Source: Rhizophagus irregularis
Lineage: Eukaryota
Length of the DNA: 64,000 nt
NCBI RefSeq assembly: GCF_026210795.1
Contig: NC_089436.1
Coordinates: 186,001-250,000, forward strand
Direction: 5' to 3'
Shown here: positions 36,934 through 48,044 of the stretch, one piece after another
Layout: each line of letters begins with the position of its first letter
Position numbering within the stretch: the first letter of the stretch is position 1
Notes under the pieces: generated by a model
Seen by the model: the letters and a program-made list of their open reading frames with translations, nothing else
What the model was told of the DNA's origin: nothing
The model's database searches: none
Made by a program: the position numbers and the translations under genes

Positions 36934-39494
36934 ATGACTGCCCAAACTAGCACTCAAGCTCAAGTTATCCCCAAGTTTGGTGAACAGAAGAAGGCTTTTA
37001 GTATTGATGAGCTTAAACGGCTCATTAATGCTGCAAAGAATATGAAGGATCTCAATCAAGCTAAAGGTTATCTTTGCAGTTACTTTATCCCCTGCTCCAA
37101 CCCGCATGGAGTCTTCATGTGGCGATCAGAAATCAAAAACCTCGAGCACATCCCTGATAAAAATATTAATAAACTTATCCGTCCAATTACCAAAGTCTTT
37201 TACACACAATCTGAACAGGGTCCTTCACAAAAGGTTGAATTTAATATCAACAAATGGTTTATGATTGAATATAGTACTGTATGTGTAGCTACCTGTGACC
37301 CTCAAAAATCCCGTATCTTTAAACTAGGTGGCCAACTTTATCTCAATATCTTTCCAGAATTCCTCCATATCCTGCGTCCGATATCCACTTTTGAATCTAC
37401 AATCCACCTCGCGGTTAAATTTATCTTCTCTCACATTCAGGATATCTGGTGTTCAGGCGATTGGAATCTTACTGAGTATATCATAAAGTGGTTGGCCGGT
37501 GTGGCAGCTGGAAGGAAAATGTATTCGATTCTCTACCTGAAATCTGGACAGGGTTGGGGTAAAAGTATTATAACAGATTTCATTCAACGTAGTGTCTTAG
37601 GTACTCAACTTGTTTATAAAACCAGCGATCCTCAAACGATTCTTGGAAGTTTCAATGGGCAATTACAGGGTAAGGTTCTTCTCCTTCTCGAGGAAATGCC
37701 TACAGAAAAAAGCCAGTAGAATAATCTGTATTGATCATTGAAGGATAAGGTAACAGGCGACATAATGGAAATCCATGAAAAATATAAGACGCCAACACAT
37801 TACAAAAACTTTATATCTACTATTGTACTCACCAATGAAAATGCTCTCAGAGTGGAAAATGATGATAGGCGCACAGTATTCTTGGATGTGTCACCATCCC
37901 GCAAGGGAGACCTCAACTACTTTAAGAAACTCGGTGATGCTATGAAATATCCAGGTGCCAGTGAGGCATTCTATGCTTACTTGAGAGTCATTGCAGACGC
38001 TTACCCGGACTTCAATGGGAATCCACCACCTATGACAACATCTAAGCAGGATCACATCATATCAACTCTCCCACCGCTATTTCAATTCATAAAGGACACT
38101 TACCTCATAGTAAAAAATCATATAACCGACCTACCTGTTCAAGAATTTTATAGGGTATATACTTCATACTGTGAAACTCATTGCATTTCACCCCTATCAA
38201 AGATCAATGCATCTAGAATCCTATCAAATGAGCTAAGTATAAAAAGTAAAAAAATGCGTATAGGTAAAACAACACCACAAGTTTACAGTATATCTAGGGA
38301 GGATCTATATAAGAAGTTTCTTGGCAAAAACTGGATACATGAAACAGATGAAATTGATATAGAAGGAATTGATATAGATATTCCTGAGAAATCCACATCT
38401 GATCCCAAAGCCTTAGAGAAGTTCTTGGCAAATATATATAGCATTCCTGCTAATAATCCACAAGACGTACAAGAGAAACCTGCTGAGAAAAAACCTGCTC
38501 CTGTTGAAGAAAAACCTACTGAAGAGCAACCAGTTTCCAAAAAGACTCCACCACCAGTACCACCCAAGCCCAATTGCTTGAAGGTAAAACCTGCACCTGT
38601 TATCAAAGAGGACCTTATTCCTGAGGAACCTTCAGCTCCCATAGAGTCAGGCACTGATGAAATTATAGACAGTTTCTCAGACTGTTATCTATCTGATGAA
38701 GAACCTGATCAAGAAGATGAGTCGCCTGCTGAAGAACCTGCACTTAAAGCTGTTGATGACTACGATGTCTTAGATGACTTGCTATCTGACTTAGATTCTA
38801 TAACCGCTAACCCAGTTCTTGAGCAACAACCTGAGTCTCCTGCAGAATCTTTTGCAAAATCCAAATCCCTCGCAGATTCCAAATCTTCTACAGAACCTGT
38901 AGTAGAACTGACTCTCAAAGAGCAACCTATCCCAGAACCCGACACAGAACTAGAAGTTGACCAGGACCCTGAACCAAAAGAAGGTACTCGAGCACACTGG
39001 GCTTGACATGAAAGGTGCCAATGGGATCGTAAGCCATGGGTCAAGAATTCAAAGGACCAGGTCTTCAATGATCTCTACAATATAGGTAAGGATTTATGGG
39101 CTAAGTACCAAGACGCATCAGACGAGTATGACTGGGAAATACTCACGTTTGAAGTAGAGGAATGTCCCACAACACGTATTGAGGACAAGTACCAGTACTA
39201 CTTTAGGAGGTAGTAGACCACTTCAAGGACTGGATCGAATATAATGGGAACTTACCTAAAACACCTAGCCGTAAAGAACTCGCAGATCTAATAAGAGTAT
39301 ACAAGAAGGATCGTGATGCCGAGATTATTCCTATTACCTCCGGTTATGAAACTATGAAGATGAATACGGGTAAGGCACGAGAAATCCCAGAGGAGCGTCC
39401 AAAGACCAAGATGGAACGCCAGTGGGAGGCTGCTAATGGATTTGTAGACGAGTTGGATATTGATGAGGCCTGTGATATGATTGACTCCTTTTAA
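36934..39494 (+). pseudogene. D5-like SF3 helicase with long Pro/Glu-rich C-terminal region (premature stops at ~37717, ~37732, 39004; frameshift ~39210)
   Basis: Walker A SGQGWGKS, Walker B LLLLEE, motif C IVLTN, arginine finger DDRR; ORF pieces are colinear across single stops. Confidence 0.88.
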
Positions 39495-39577
39495 TAAGAT
39501 AAGCGCCTCTTAGTTATTTTTTATTTTTTATATAAAAAACCTATATTACAATTGAATACAATTCATAGTTATATCAA

Positions 39578-41433
39578 ATGGCCTATTCAAAAATTGCACG
39601 TGCTTTACCTACAAGACCAGATATCAAAGAACTACAGTATTCAGGCGCAAGATTTTCTAGAAGAGCTATTGCCAGACTTGGACAGCAACTCCAATCCCGT
39701 ATCCAACTCATAAATTTCAGATCCTGCTCCCCTATGAAAACTGGAAACCTGGTGGATGGACATCAGGAAACCAACCAGCCAGCCTCTTTTCACTCTTGGA
39801 CCATTATGATGAAGCACAACTACCAGATAATGCAGATCCTGATTACTTTGAACGATTCATAATTTATGTGAGAGATGCTCCACCGGTTGGAGGAGGATGC
39901 AATGGGGAGCTAAATGATTGCCTGTATGAATGCCTGAAGCATATCTATGGTATATTCTCTAAAATACCCGAGACCATAAAAAAGCCTGAATATATCAAAA
40001 AGGCATTAGGTCTTAATCGTGATGCTCCAGTTCCAGTCTCATATATGGATAAGGTTGAACAACTTGCAGGAAGCCTTGCACTTAATATTGTAGGGGATTC
40101 CACTCGAATTTCCAAGAGCAAATCTGACAGACATGCAACCCTCATCCTGTCTGAAGGCCACTACTCTCTTGCACTGAATCCCGGAAGACTTCACCCTAGT
40201 AAATTAGATAGAAAACTAAAGTCTCCCTTTGTTTATTGTGAAGATGGGGTTAATAATGTAGTAACAATATACAATGGTAAGACAGTTAAGTCTCTTACAG
40301 TTGGACAGTTTCAGAAAGGTAAGAACTCTGATAGTTACTCCTTCATCCCTATTGAGAAGAATCGTAAAACTGGAATATATGAAACACTTGAGGAAACATA
40401 CCAGAGGATCCATGAAGAGCGGGATTCCTTTCTACAGGCTACAAAGAAGTTCGGTCTAGGAATCGACTTATCTTACCACAACTGGTCGTACAAGAGAACT
40501 GCTCTCTGGCTTTTTGAACGGTTTAGTGTAGGAGTTCCAGCCAATGATCCTCTTGATCCAGTCGAAGCAGAGTGGATAAGTGATGCAATGATGGGAGGTC
40601 TTATCTGGGCAGATAATGAATGGAAGGGCTATGGAAGACAATACGACGTGACAAGTTTGTATCCAAGTATTCAGCAATCGAATGCTAACTTTCCAATCCA
40701 ACAAGGTAAGTTTCAAATACTCAAAGACTTTGTAGACTACAGAGGTTATGCCTTGTATGGATTATTTCATGCTAATGTAAGTGGTAATGACATTCTCTTC
40801 CGACAGAATAAGAGGAGAGTCTATACATTCATTGACTTACAACGAGCAAAGAAACTTGGTCTTGATATACAGTTAATCCAGGATGGAAAGCCAAATGCCT
40901 TGATATATGACAGAGAAGCAAGAATTTCTGGGACTGTAATATTTGGTGAGTATGTTCACTTTCTCTTCAATATAAAGAACCAGGGTGGCGTGGCTGGTCG
41001 TGTTGCAAAGAGAGTTCTCAATACATTATGGGGAGCACTCTGCCAGAGGAAACGCAATTACAAGACACTCACCACAGATCAAACAGATCCATTCAAGTTT
41101 CCGGAAGGCCACATACTTGACTCCATCATACCAGTAGGATCTGACCAGTGGCGATTCCAATTCACAAACCCAGGTAGTCCCTTCAAGGGTGAGTATCCTA
41201 GGATTGCTCCATTCTTATTAGCACATGGACAGAAGATGACTTCAGAGTTATTAGAACCATATAAGGATAAAGTACGACGCATCCATACAGATGGATTTAT
41301 TCTAGAGGAACAGCCGAGTAGTCCTACACTTATCACTTGTCCAGAAAATGCATCCAAAGCATTGAAAGCTCTCAAGTTTGAAACCGCAGGATACTGCCAT
41401 GTGAAAAATGCAAACAAGGTTATCTGGACATGA
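39578..41433 (+). pseudogene. Compact protein-primed family B DNA polymerase (frameshift ~39700)
   Basis: Pol motifs MGG..YDVTSLYPS, KRVLNTLWG, RIHTDG; N-terminal NDCL..GHY OTU-like pair. Confidence 0.88.
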
Positions 41434-41546
41434 TTGCCAAGAATGCAGTTGGATTTACAGTAGGTATATATATTTTTTCTTGCTTGAATGTAAAGTTAAT
41501 TTGAAGATTCCTATTTATTACAAAGTACAAAAAAGTATAAGGAATC

Positions 41547-42017
41547 ATGTCAACATATACTGAATTAGCAAGCATTATTAACAGCACTGACAGCATTAGT
41601 GATGAAGTTATTTATGATGCATCATGCAATCAGTTCACCATTGTCTCTGATGAAACTGTCCTCAAGATTATCCGTGCATTAAAAGACACTATAGTAGTCG
41701 CATTAGTATCTGGGTTTAGCAAAACCAGCTACCTTGTCCAGGATCATGTGAAGTATATCAAGAGAATCCAGACAGCAAAGTCTCCTGTATCATATGTGAA
41801 GTTCGTGGCCAGAAAACTCTTCCCAGATAATGCAGCATATACTGCTAAGATAGCAAAGATTCGTGAATCATACAAGAATAAACAAGCTCTTTTAGACAAA
41901 CTTGAGGCCCTCTTCGAGTTGTATTATAATGTAACTAAGGACTCATTAACAGGTCCCCCAAAGCGAGCTGTCACTATGAATGAGGCTGAGAAAACCTTAG
42001 CAGAACTTCTTGCATAA
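41547..42017 (+). CDS. Hypothetical protein of the Polinton-like element
   Basis: Intact 156 aa ORF with the shared upstream TTGAAG motif. Confidence 0.65.
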   Translation: MSTYTELASIINSTDSISDEVIYDASCNQFTIVSDETVLKIIRALKDTIVVALVSGFSKTSYLVQDHVKYIKRIQTAKSPVSYVKFVARKLFPDNAAYTAKIAKIRESYKNKQALLDKLEALFELYYNVTKDSLTGPPKRAVTMNEAEKTLAELLA

Positions 42018-42110
42018 GCGGCTCCTGTACAAATTTAGTTTATATTTTTTATCCATTTGTAATGGGCATACAGTAATTGAAGATGGCTATAGTATAAGTA
42101 ACATAACATC

Positions 42111-42527
42111 ATGTTGGACCAATTACCAGTAGAAATAGTCGAACGCATTGTTGCAAAGATCCCAGATACTGACCTTATTGCAGCGAGTAAAGTAGATAGT
42201 GTGTGGTGGCAGGAGGTTCGTCAAGAAGCATATAAGAGATGGAAAAATTACGCTACTACAATTGGGCATGTCCAAGCTCTTAGAAAGCTGTTTGAAAAAG
42301 GGAATATTGACTGGATATCATTTGAAGATGTAAACGACTTCTATAAAAGATGGATAGACCGCCTCACCAAGGATCAGCTTTATATTATGGAGAAAATGCT
42401 TAGGAATGGGATGGTCGTGGACCCCTAAGAGAGGGAAACCATAGAGCATGCATTAAGTGAACAAAGATGGGGAGGCGACCCTTGGGGACTGAACTGGGAG
42501 TGGAACGAATGGACTCAACAGGAGTAG
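42111..42527 (+). pseudogene. F-box protein (premature TAA at 42426)
   Basis: MLDQLPVEIVERIVAKIPDTDLIAASKVDSVW is a canonical F-box; frame continues past the stop to ..WTQQE*. Confidence 0.8.
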
Positions 42528-42551
42528 CTTATTTATCGGGTATCCTCATAT

Positions 42552-42779
42552 TTCTTGACAAGAACTGATGACCATGTAACCTTATCATCAGGTATCCTTG
42601 CATTTTTTCGACAAGGATTGATGACCATGTAACCTTATCATCAGGTATCCTTGAATTTTTTTGACAAGGATTGATGACCATGTAACCTTATCATCAGGTA
42701 TCCTTGCATTTTTTAATAAGGACTGATGACCATGTAATCTTATCATCAGGTATTCTTGTATTTTTTGATAAGGACTGAT
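42552..42779. repeat. ~53-bp tandem repeat (4-5 units), continued at 44469-44492 after the LINE
   Basis: Units GACAAGGATTGATGACCATGTAACCTTATCATCAGGTATCCTTG with internal TGATGA/TCATCA inverted pair. Confidence 0.85.
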
Positions 42780-44468
42780 TAACCTTGGCACTCCTGATGT
42801 TTCTATGGGTTGGTCTTGGGTACAAGTCCTTGATGGCGCTGGTTTTTTCCAATCTATCGCTGCTTACGCTCATGGAATTTTTCACAATTGGCCTTCTTCT
42901 ACAAGAGCTGAAATCGCCGCTATACATGCTGCTCTTACAGTCACTCCTCCGTCTTCAATGGTCACTATTCATACTGACTCTCAATCTGCCATAGATGGTC
43001 TTCGTCTATGTGCTACCTTTTCTTATTCCAATAGTAGGCTTTATTACAAGACCACCAATTTTGAACTTTGGGCTATTATTGAACGTCTCATTTCCTCCAA
43101 ATCTTTATCCGTCATGGCTGTTAAAGTAAAAGGTCACTCTGGTAATTTCTATAATGACTACGCAAACTCTCTGGCCAACTCTGCGCATACTTCTTCTTCA
43201 GCAATTCTTCTTTCTGATCTGGATCAAGTATCTCCTCACGATTTCTTATTAAAATATGATGATATTTTATGCGAATCCAACCCACGAAGCCTATTTAAAC
43301 AATATTCGCAAATGCTGTGGATGCATAGATTAACGCGTTTATCGCATTTTAACTTTACCATTGCTTTATCCTCTATCTCAGATTTCGTGATTGATTGGGA
43401 TCTTACCTGGTTCTCGCTTAATTCTGAACCTCAGCATGATGCTTCATTTACTCGTGCTCATGCTTCCTTTCATCGCACCCTCAAATTCAAACTCTTTTTG
43501 GAAGATTTGCCTACCTTGGAACATCTTAAAAGAATTCGCCCGAACTTGTATATTGACATCTTATTGTGTCGTTCGTGCCTCGACTCCAAGGAAGATTTCA
43601 TGCACTTGTTTATGTGCAAATGTAGACGAATCGCTATGGAACAGATTCTCCTCTCCTACCAACATCACTTTATCAACAAACTTCAAGAAGCTGGTGATCT
43701 CGTTAAGAAAGATCCCTCTTTAATTATTAACAAATTTAAATCTCTTCCTTGTTGGTCCTTTTCTTCTTCAAATTGGACTTCATATAGCCTTGTCCATGGC
43801 TGCCTTCTGAAAACCTTTGTCGAATTTTTTGAAGAACTTTCTATTCCACGTAACTCTGCGATGAAGGTTATCTCTGCTATTCACAATTACTTTATCCAAA
43901 AGATTAGAAAACGAATTTGGCTACCGCGCTCCTATGATAAATCTAAATGGGAAGACGCGATGAATATTACTCATAAACTCAAACTTTCTCGGCCTTCAAA
44001 TTTGCCAAAGTCTACGTACTTACCTTTCTCTACTTTACCTCCTCCGACCCTTTCCGACGCCGCACGTGACTCCGACGTTGATTATTTAAAGAACTCGATG
44101 AAATATGGTTTGCCTTGGTTCAATCACTATTCGGGTTTTATGGGTCGTCTAACGGTGCAACTTACTAACAGCTTTAGCAGGGTGGTGTGTCGATTTTAAT
44201 AATGGGCGCATTGTTCGTTGGTTTGTTTGCATAGTTGCCTCTTCTTAGGTTGAAATATATCTAGGCGGGGGATCAGGATAGTTTTAGTGTTATGCGATTT
44301 TTTTTCCTTTTCGAATTAATTTTATAGCTTTATTACTGTTTTGGAGACTATATAGTTTTGTTTTTAGTTAATTTTATTTTTCTTTTTGTACTTTGAAAAT
44401 TTTATTTTATTTTTGTAAATTCGTTAAATAAATTTAATAAAGATAAAGGCTACTATGCCATGTTTGCC
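42780..44468 (+). mobile_element. 5'-truncated non-LTR retrotransposon (RNase H + C-terminal CCHC), ORF 42805-44199
   Basis: RNase H SSTRAEIAAI..HTDSQ..KVKGHSGN..N.YA; zinc finger CRSC..EDFMHLFMC; 15-bp TSD TTGATAAGGACTGAT (42765-42779, 44469-44483). Confidence 0.9.
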
Positions 44469-44552
44469 TTGATAAGGACTGATGACCATGTCACTTGGTT
44501 ATTGTAAATTGAAGAAAGCTATTAGGTATGTAGACACATACAGAAAAAAGAC

Positions 44553-45134
44553 ATGTCTTACCCTTATATAGCTAACCCTATAACTGGACGTCCAATTATT
44601 ATCGGTGGAGATACCTTTAATCGAATAGTTATGGAATCCCATGATTATATTGATGGAAGGCTTGTTTGTAGACAAACTGCACCTCCACCTGAGGAGCAAC
44701 CTGTATATTTAAATACAGATACAGGACGTTATGTTCGACGTGGTACTAGAACATATCATAGACTGATTGAGAGTGACTATGAGGTAGTTGAGGACTACTA
44801 CCTTGTCCATTATGAAGAAGAGGAGCTTATAGAGGAAATCATCAATGAAACATGCTATAATGAGGAAAATCTTGATGGCCAGCGATTAACTTTTAATGAT
44901 ATACAAGAAATCAGGGCTGCTATTCAGGCTGACCAAGATGAATATGATGATTTTATCTTACAGCAGGATACGACTAACGGGACACCTTCCTCCGGTCCTT
45001 CTGGTCATCCACGAACTTTGGAGGACCATGTCCTGAGACTTACAGAGCTTAATATTGAGTTGTGTAGGGAATGTCTCATGCCTGTAAGCCTAAGTGACTT
45101 AACGGACAAGTTGTACAAGGACTGCTCCGAATAG
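44553..45134 (+). CDS. Hypothetical protein with two short NPxTGRxI/V repeats and a C-terminal CxxC
   Basis: NPITGRPIIIGGDTF and NTDTGRYVRRGTRTY; CRECL; upstream AAATTGAAG. Confidence 0.65.
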   Translation: MSYPYIANPITGRPIIIGGDTFNRIVMESHDYIDGRLVCRQTAPPPEEQPVYLNTDTGRYVRRGTRTYHRLIESDYEVVEDYYLVHYEEEELIEEIINETCYNEENLDGQRLTFNDIQEIRAAIQADQDEYDDFILQQDTTNGTPSSGPSGHPRTLEDHVLRLTELNIELCRECLMPVSLSDLTDKLYKDCSE

Positions 45135-45179
45135 TTACTTAATTTTGAATAATTCTTTTTTACATAAAGAAAGATAGCC

Positions 45180-45740
45180 ATGTCAACATCAATCGTAATA
45201 AACCAGTGCCAAAACTGTGGAGTAATCACTCCAAAAACAGCACATAGAGGATTATCCAGTGTATTATACAGACAGATTATAAAGAAGATTAGTGATGAGA
45301 ATGACCCTCTACAAGCCTTGGGACTTGCTAAGGATAAGTTAGTTCAGATCATTCATCGGGCAAGTAATGTGGACTTTACACAATTGTTTACACAAAGACT
45401 GGATATGAAAATTATGGATGGAGAGCCATATGAAGATATTAGGAAGTGGCTTCTCGAACAGCTTATAGCCATAGGTTGTGACAGTGGAGAAATTGCTTTA
45501 TATCAATTTCTAAGGGATACATATTTAGATGGTATTGACGAGCCTTTCACTACATTCTATGAGAACTATGTAAATCATATAAGTAATCCAATGACTAAGA
45601 ACTTTGCTTCTCGTGCTTTAGGAGCAATAGGGTTGAAGGCTAAGATGTTAAGGATTAACTTTGAAGGCCGTAAAAAAAGTGCTATGATTCTTAGAGCTTC
45701 TGCAGACGAATTACTTGATATTCTCACAAGATACTATTAA
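45180..45740 (+). CDS. Hypothetical protein (N-terminal CxxC; C-terminus resembles the helicase winged-helix region)
   Basis: LYQFLRDTY..FTTFYENY..NPMTKNFASRAL parallels helicase LFQFIKDTY..VQEFYRVY..SPLSKINASRIL. Confidence 0.65.
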   Translation: MSTSIVINQCQNCGVITPKTAHRGLSSVLYRQIIKKISDENDPLQALGLAKDKLVQIIHRASNVDFTQLFTQRLDMKIMDGEPYEDIRKWLLEQLIAIGCDSGEIALYQFLRDTYLDGIDEPFTTFYENYVNHISNPMTKNFASRALGAIGLKAKMLRINFEGRKKSAMILRASADELLDILTRYY

Positions 45741-46682
45741 TCCCTACTTGTAATGCTCGACGGTCCATGTGGCTCTTAGAAAAGATCTGTAGAAGGACTT
45801 CAATACCTTCTATTATTTTTTTATTATCCAGAGGGTGACTAGACTTCAGGGCTTCATATCGGGAGAATAACTCCTTCACATTTTCAGTTTTCAGAGTTTC
45901 AGTCTTTGCAGTCCTACCCTGTACTTTTGCTAAGAAGTCCTGAAAGTCAGCTCCTAGGATCTTACCAGAGAGTCCATAAGCTTCCCGAAAAACATATTTA
46001 ATCCAGGTATCTGTATTCTTGGCTAAGACACCAGGTACAAGTAAATTTTTACATTCTTTAGGGGATGGAAATACCCGAGCAAATTCAATCAAGTGTCCAC
46101 CTTTTTTTGCTTCAGATACAGCTTTCTAACCATAGGGACTAAACTTGGATCGAACTGTGATTGAACTGGGTTCAGACTGAGATCGAACTGGGTTCAAACT
46201 TGGATCAAACTGAGATTGAACTGAGATTGAACTAGGATCGAACTGAGATTGCTCTGTGATTGAACTGAGACTAGTATCCCATCTTACTCGAATGGACAGT
46301 GGATCACTCTTGGACCGTCTAAGATCAAACACTACAAATTCATGTTGTAGAGTAAGATCATCAATTACTGGTGCTAAGGTTGCTTGCCGAAACTAGAGGG
46401 TTTCGGCAGAATGGCGTACGCGAAACTGCCGAAACTAGTTTTGCGAAATCATCAAGAAATGCCGAAACTGTGAAACCTATCAAAATCGCGAAACTGCCGT
46501 AACTTGCCGAAACTGTTTCGGCGTTTCGGCAATACTTTCTATATGATTTAATTAGAGTTTCGGCATTTAAACAATTTATAAGAATAAAGATTAAAGACAA
46601 TATGATTTTTTGTATGTAAATATTTATTTTATAATATTTAATATTAAACTAATAAAATACACGATTAAAAATATAATAAAAA

Positions 46683-47375
46683 TTAAAATTTAATAATATC
46701 TTTATCTTCTATGTGGGGACCTGCTTCTACCTCTTCTTCTATCTCTACTTCTGTCCCGTCTTCTATCTCTACTTCTATCTCGTCTTCTATCTCTACTTCT
46801 ATCTCGTCTTCTATCTCACTTCTTGATCTACTTCTTGATCGAGACCTAGATCGCGACCTTCTTCTTTCCCTTCGCAATCTATATTCATATCGACATCGAT
46901 CATGCGCAGCATGCTGCCGTCGATACTCTCGTCTAAACAGATCTAAAATCCAATAAAAATATTAATGAATTGAATGAATTGCCTAAATAAAATTAATTTA
47001 AAATAATAATTAATAATAATTACCGGTTTGTAACCAGAATTCATCGTTCATATCAGCAAAACACGCTCTATCGAAACTATTTGGGCTTATAATAGGAATG
47101 TCGTCATCATTATTATTTATTATCCTACTGAGGTTTTCATAACCTCGTTTGAGGGCATTCCATTTTGTTTGGCATTGCCTGGGTGTCGCTGCAAATCTCG
47201 TTGCAACAAACACCCTATTTGCTATTATTGTCCATGCATTTACATGATGACGGTTTGCAATTCTTTCGAATTGCTGATGTAAGTTTCTCCGCTCCGCGAT
47301 TAATTGCCTAGCTGCGTTAATCGTCCATTGGAATACTGGTGGTGGCGGTGGGACAAAAGGTACTAATGCTGCCAT
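46683..47375 (-). CDS. Myb/SANT (trihelix-like) protein with RS and acidic tail; exons 47375-47024 and 46942-46683
   Basis: WTINAARQLIAER..AWTIIA..TPRQCQTKWNALKRGY; GT-AG intron joins in frame to DLFRREY..RSRSRSRS..EIEDEIEV. Confidence 0.8.
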
Positions 47376-48044
47376 TTTTTATTTTTATGATTTTTTCGTA
47401 ACTTGAAATTTGAAAATTAAATACAATTTGAAAATTAAAATACAATTTGGTTTTGAATTGCGAAAAAAAAATTCAAATTTCATAATATTTATAATAATTT
47501 TAAAATTCGTTATAATGTTTAAAACATGAACTGATGAACATAATAACATTCTACATAATTAAAGTATTTGTAACAAAATAAACACAGTTTTGATTCTAAT
47601 GTAATAAATTTAATTAACGCAGTTCTAAATTTTTTTTTGTAACGCAGTTCTTAAAATTTATTGATCTAATGTAATAAATTTAATTAACGAAGTCCTTAAA
47701 ACTTATTGATTCTAATATAATATGCTTATCCTTATTCCTTAATTAAATTGCACTATTTTTAAAATATAATATGCTTATCCTTATTCCTTAATTAAATTGC
47801 ACTATTTTTAAAATATAATATGCTTATCCTTATTCCTTAATTAAATTGCAATGTTTTAAAATATAATATAAAATTACAATTGCCTGCATTGCCTGCATAA
47901 TTATATGTTAACTGGACTTTGATCGCGAATATTTTGCCCTGCATAATTACATCATTTATTTCCTAAATAGTATCATTATTTAAATCACATGATATTAGAA
48001 TTAATTCTCATTGGATTAACTATTGTAATTATTTCTCATTATTA

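Noticed and set aside
42552..42779. CRISPR-like appearance of regular repeats
   Set aside because: Units are contiguous tandem copies with no unique spacers; eukaryotic context and no cas genes
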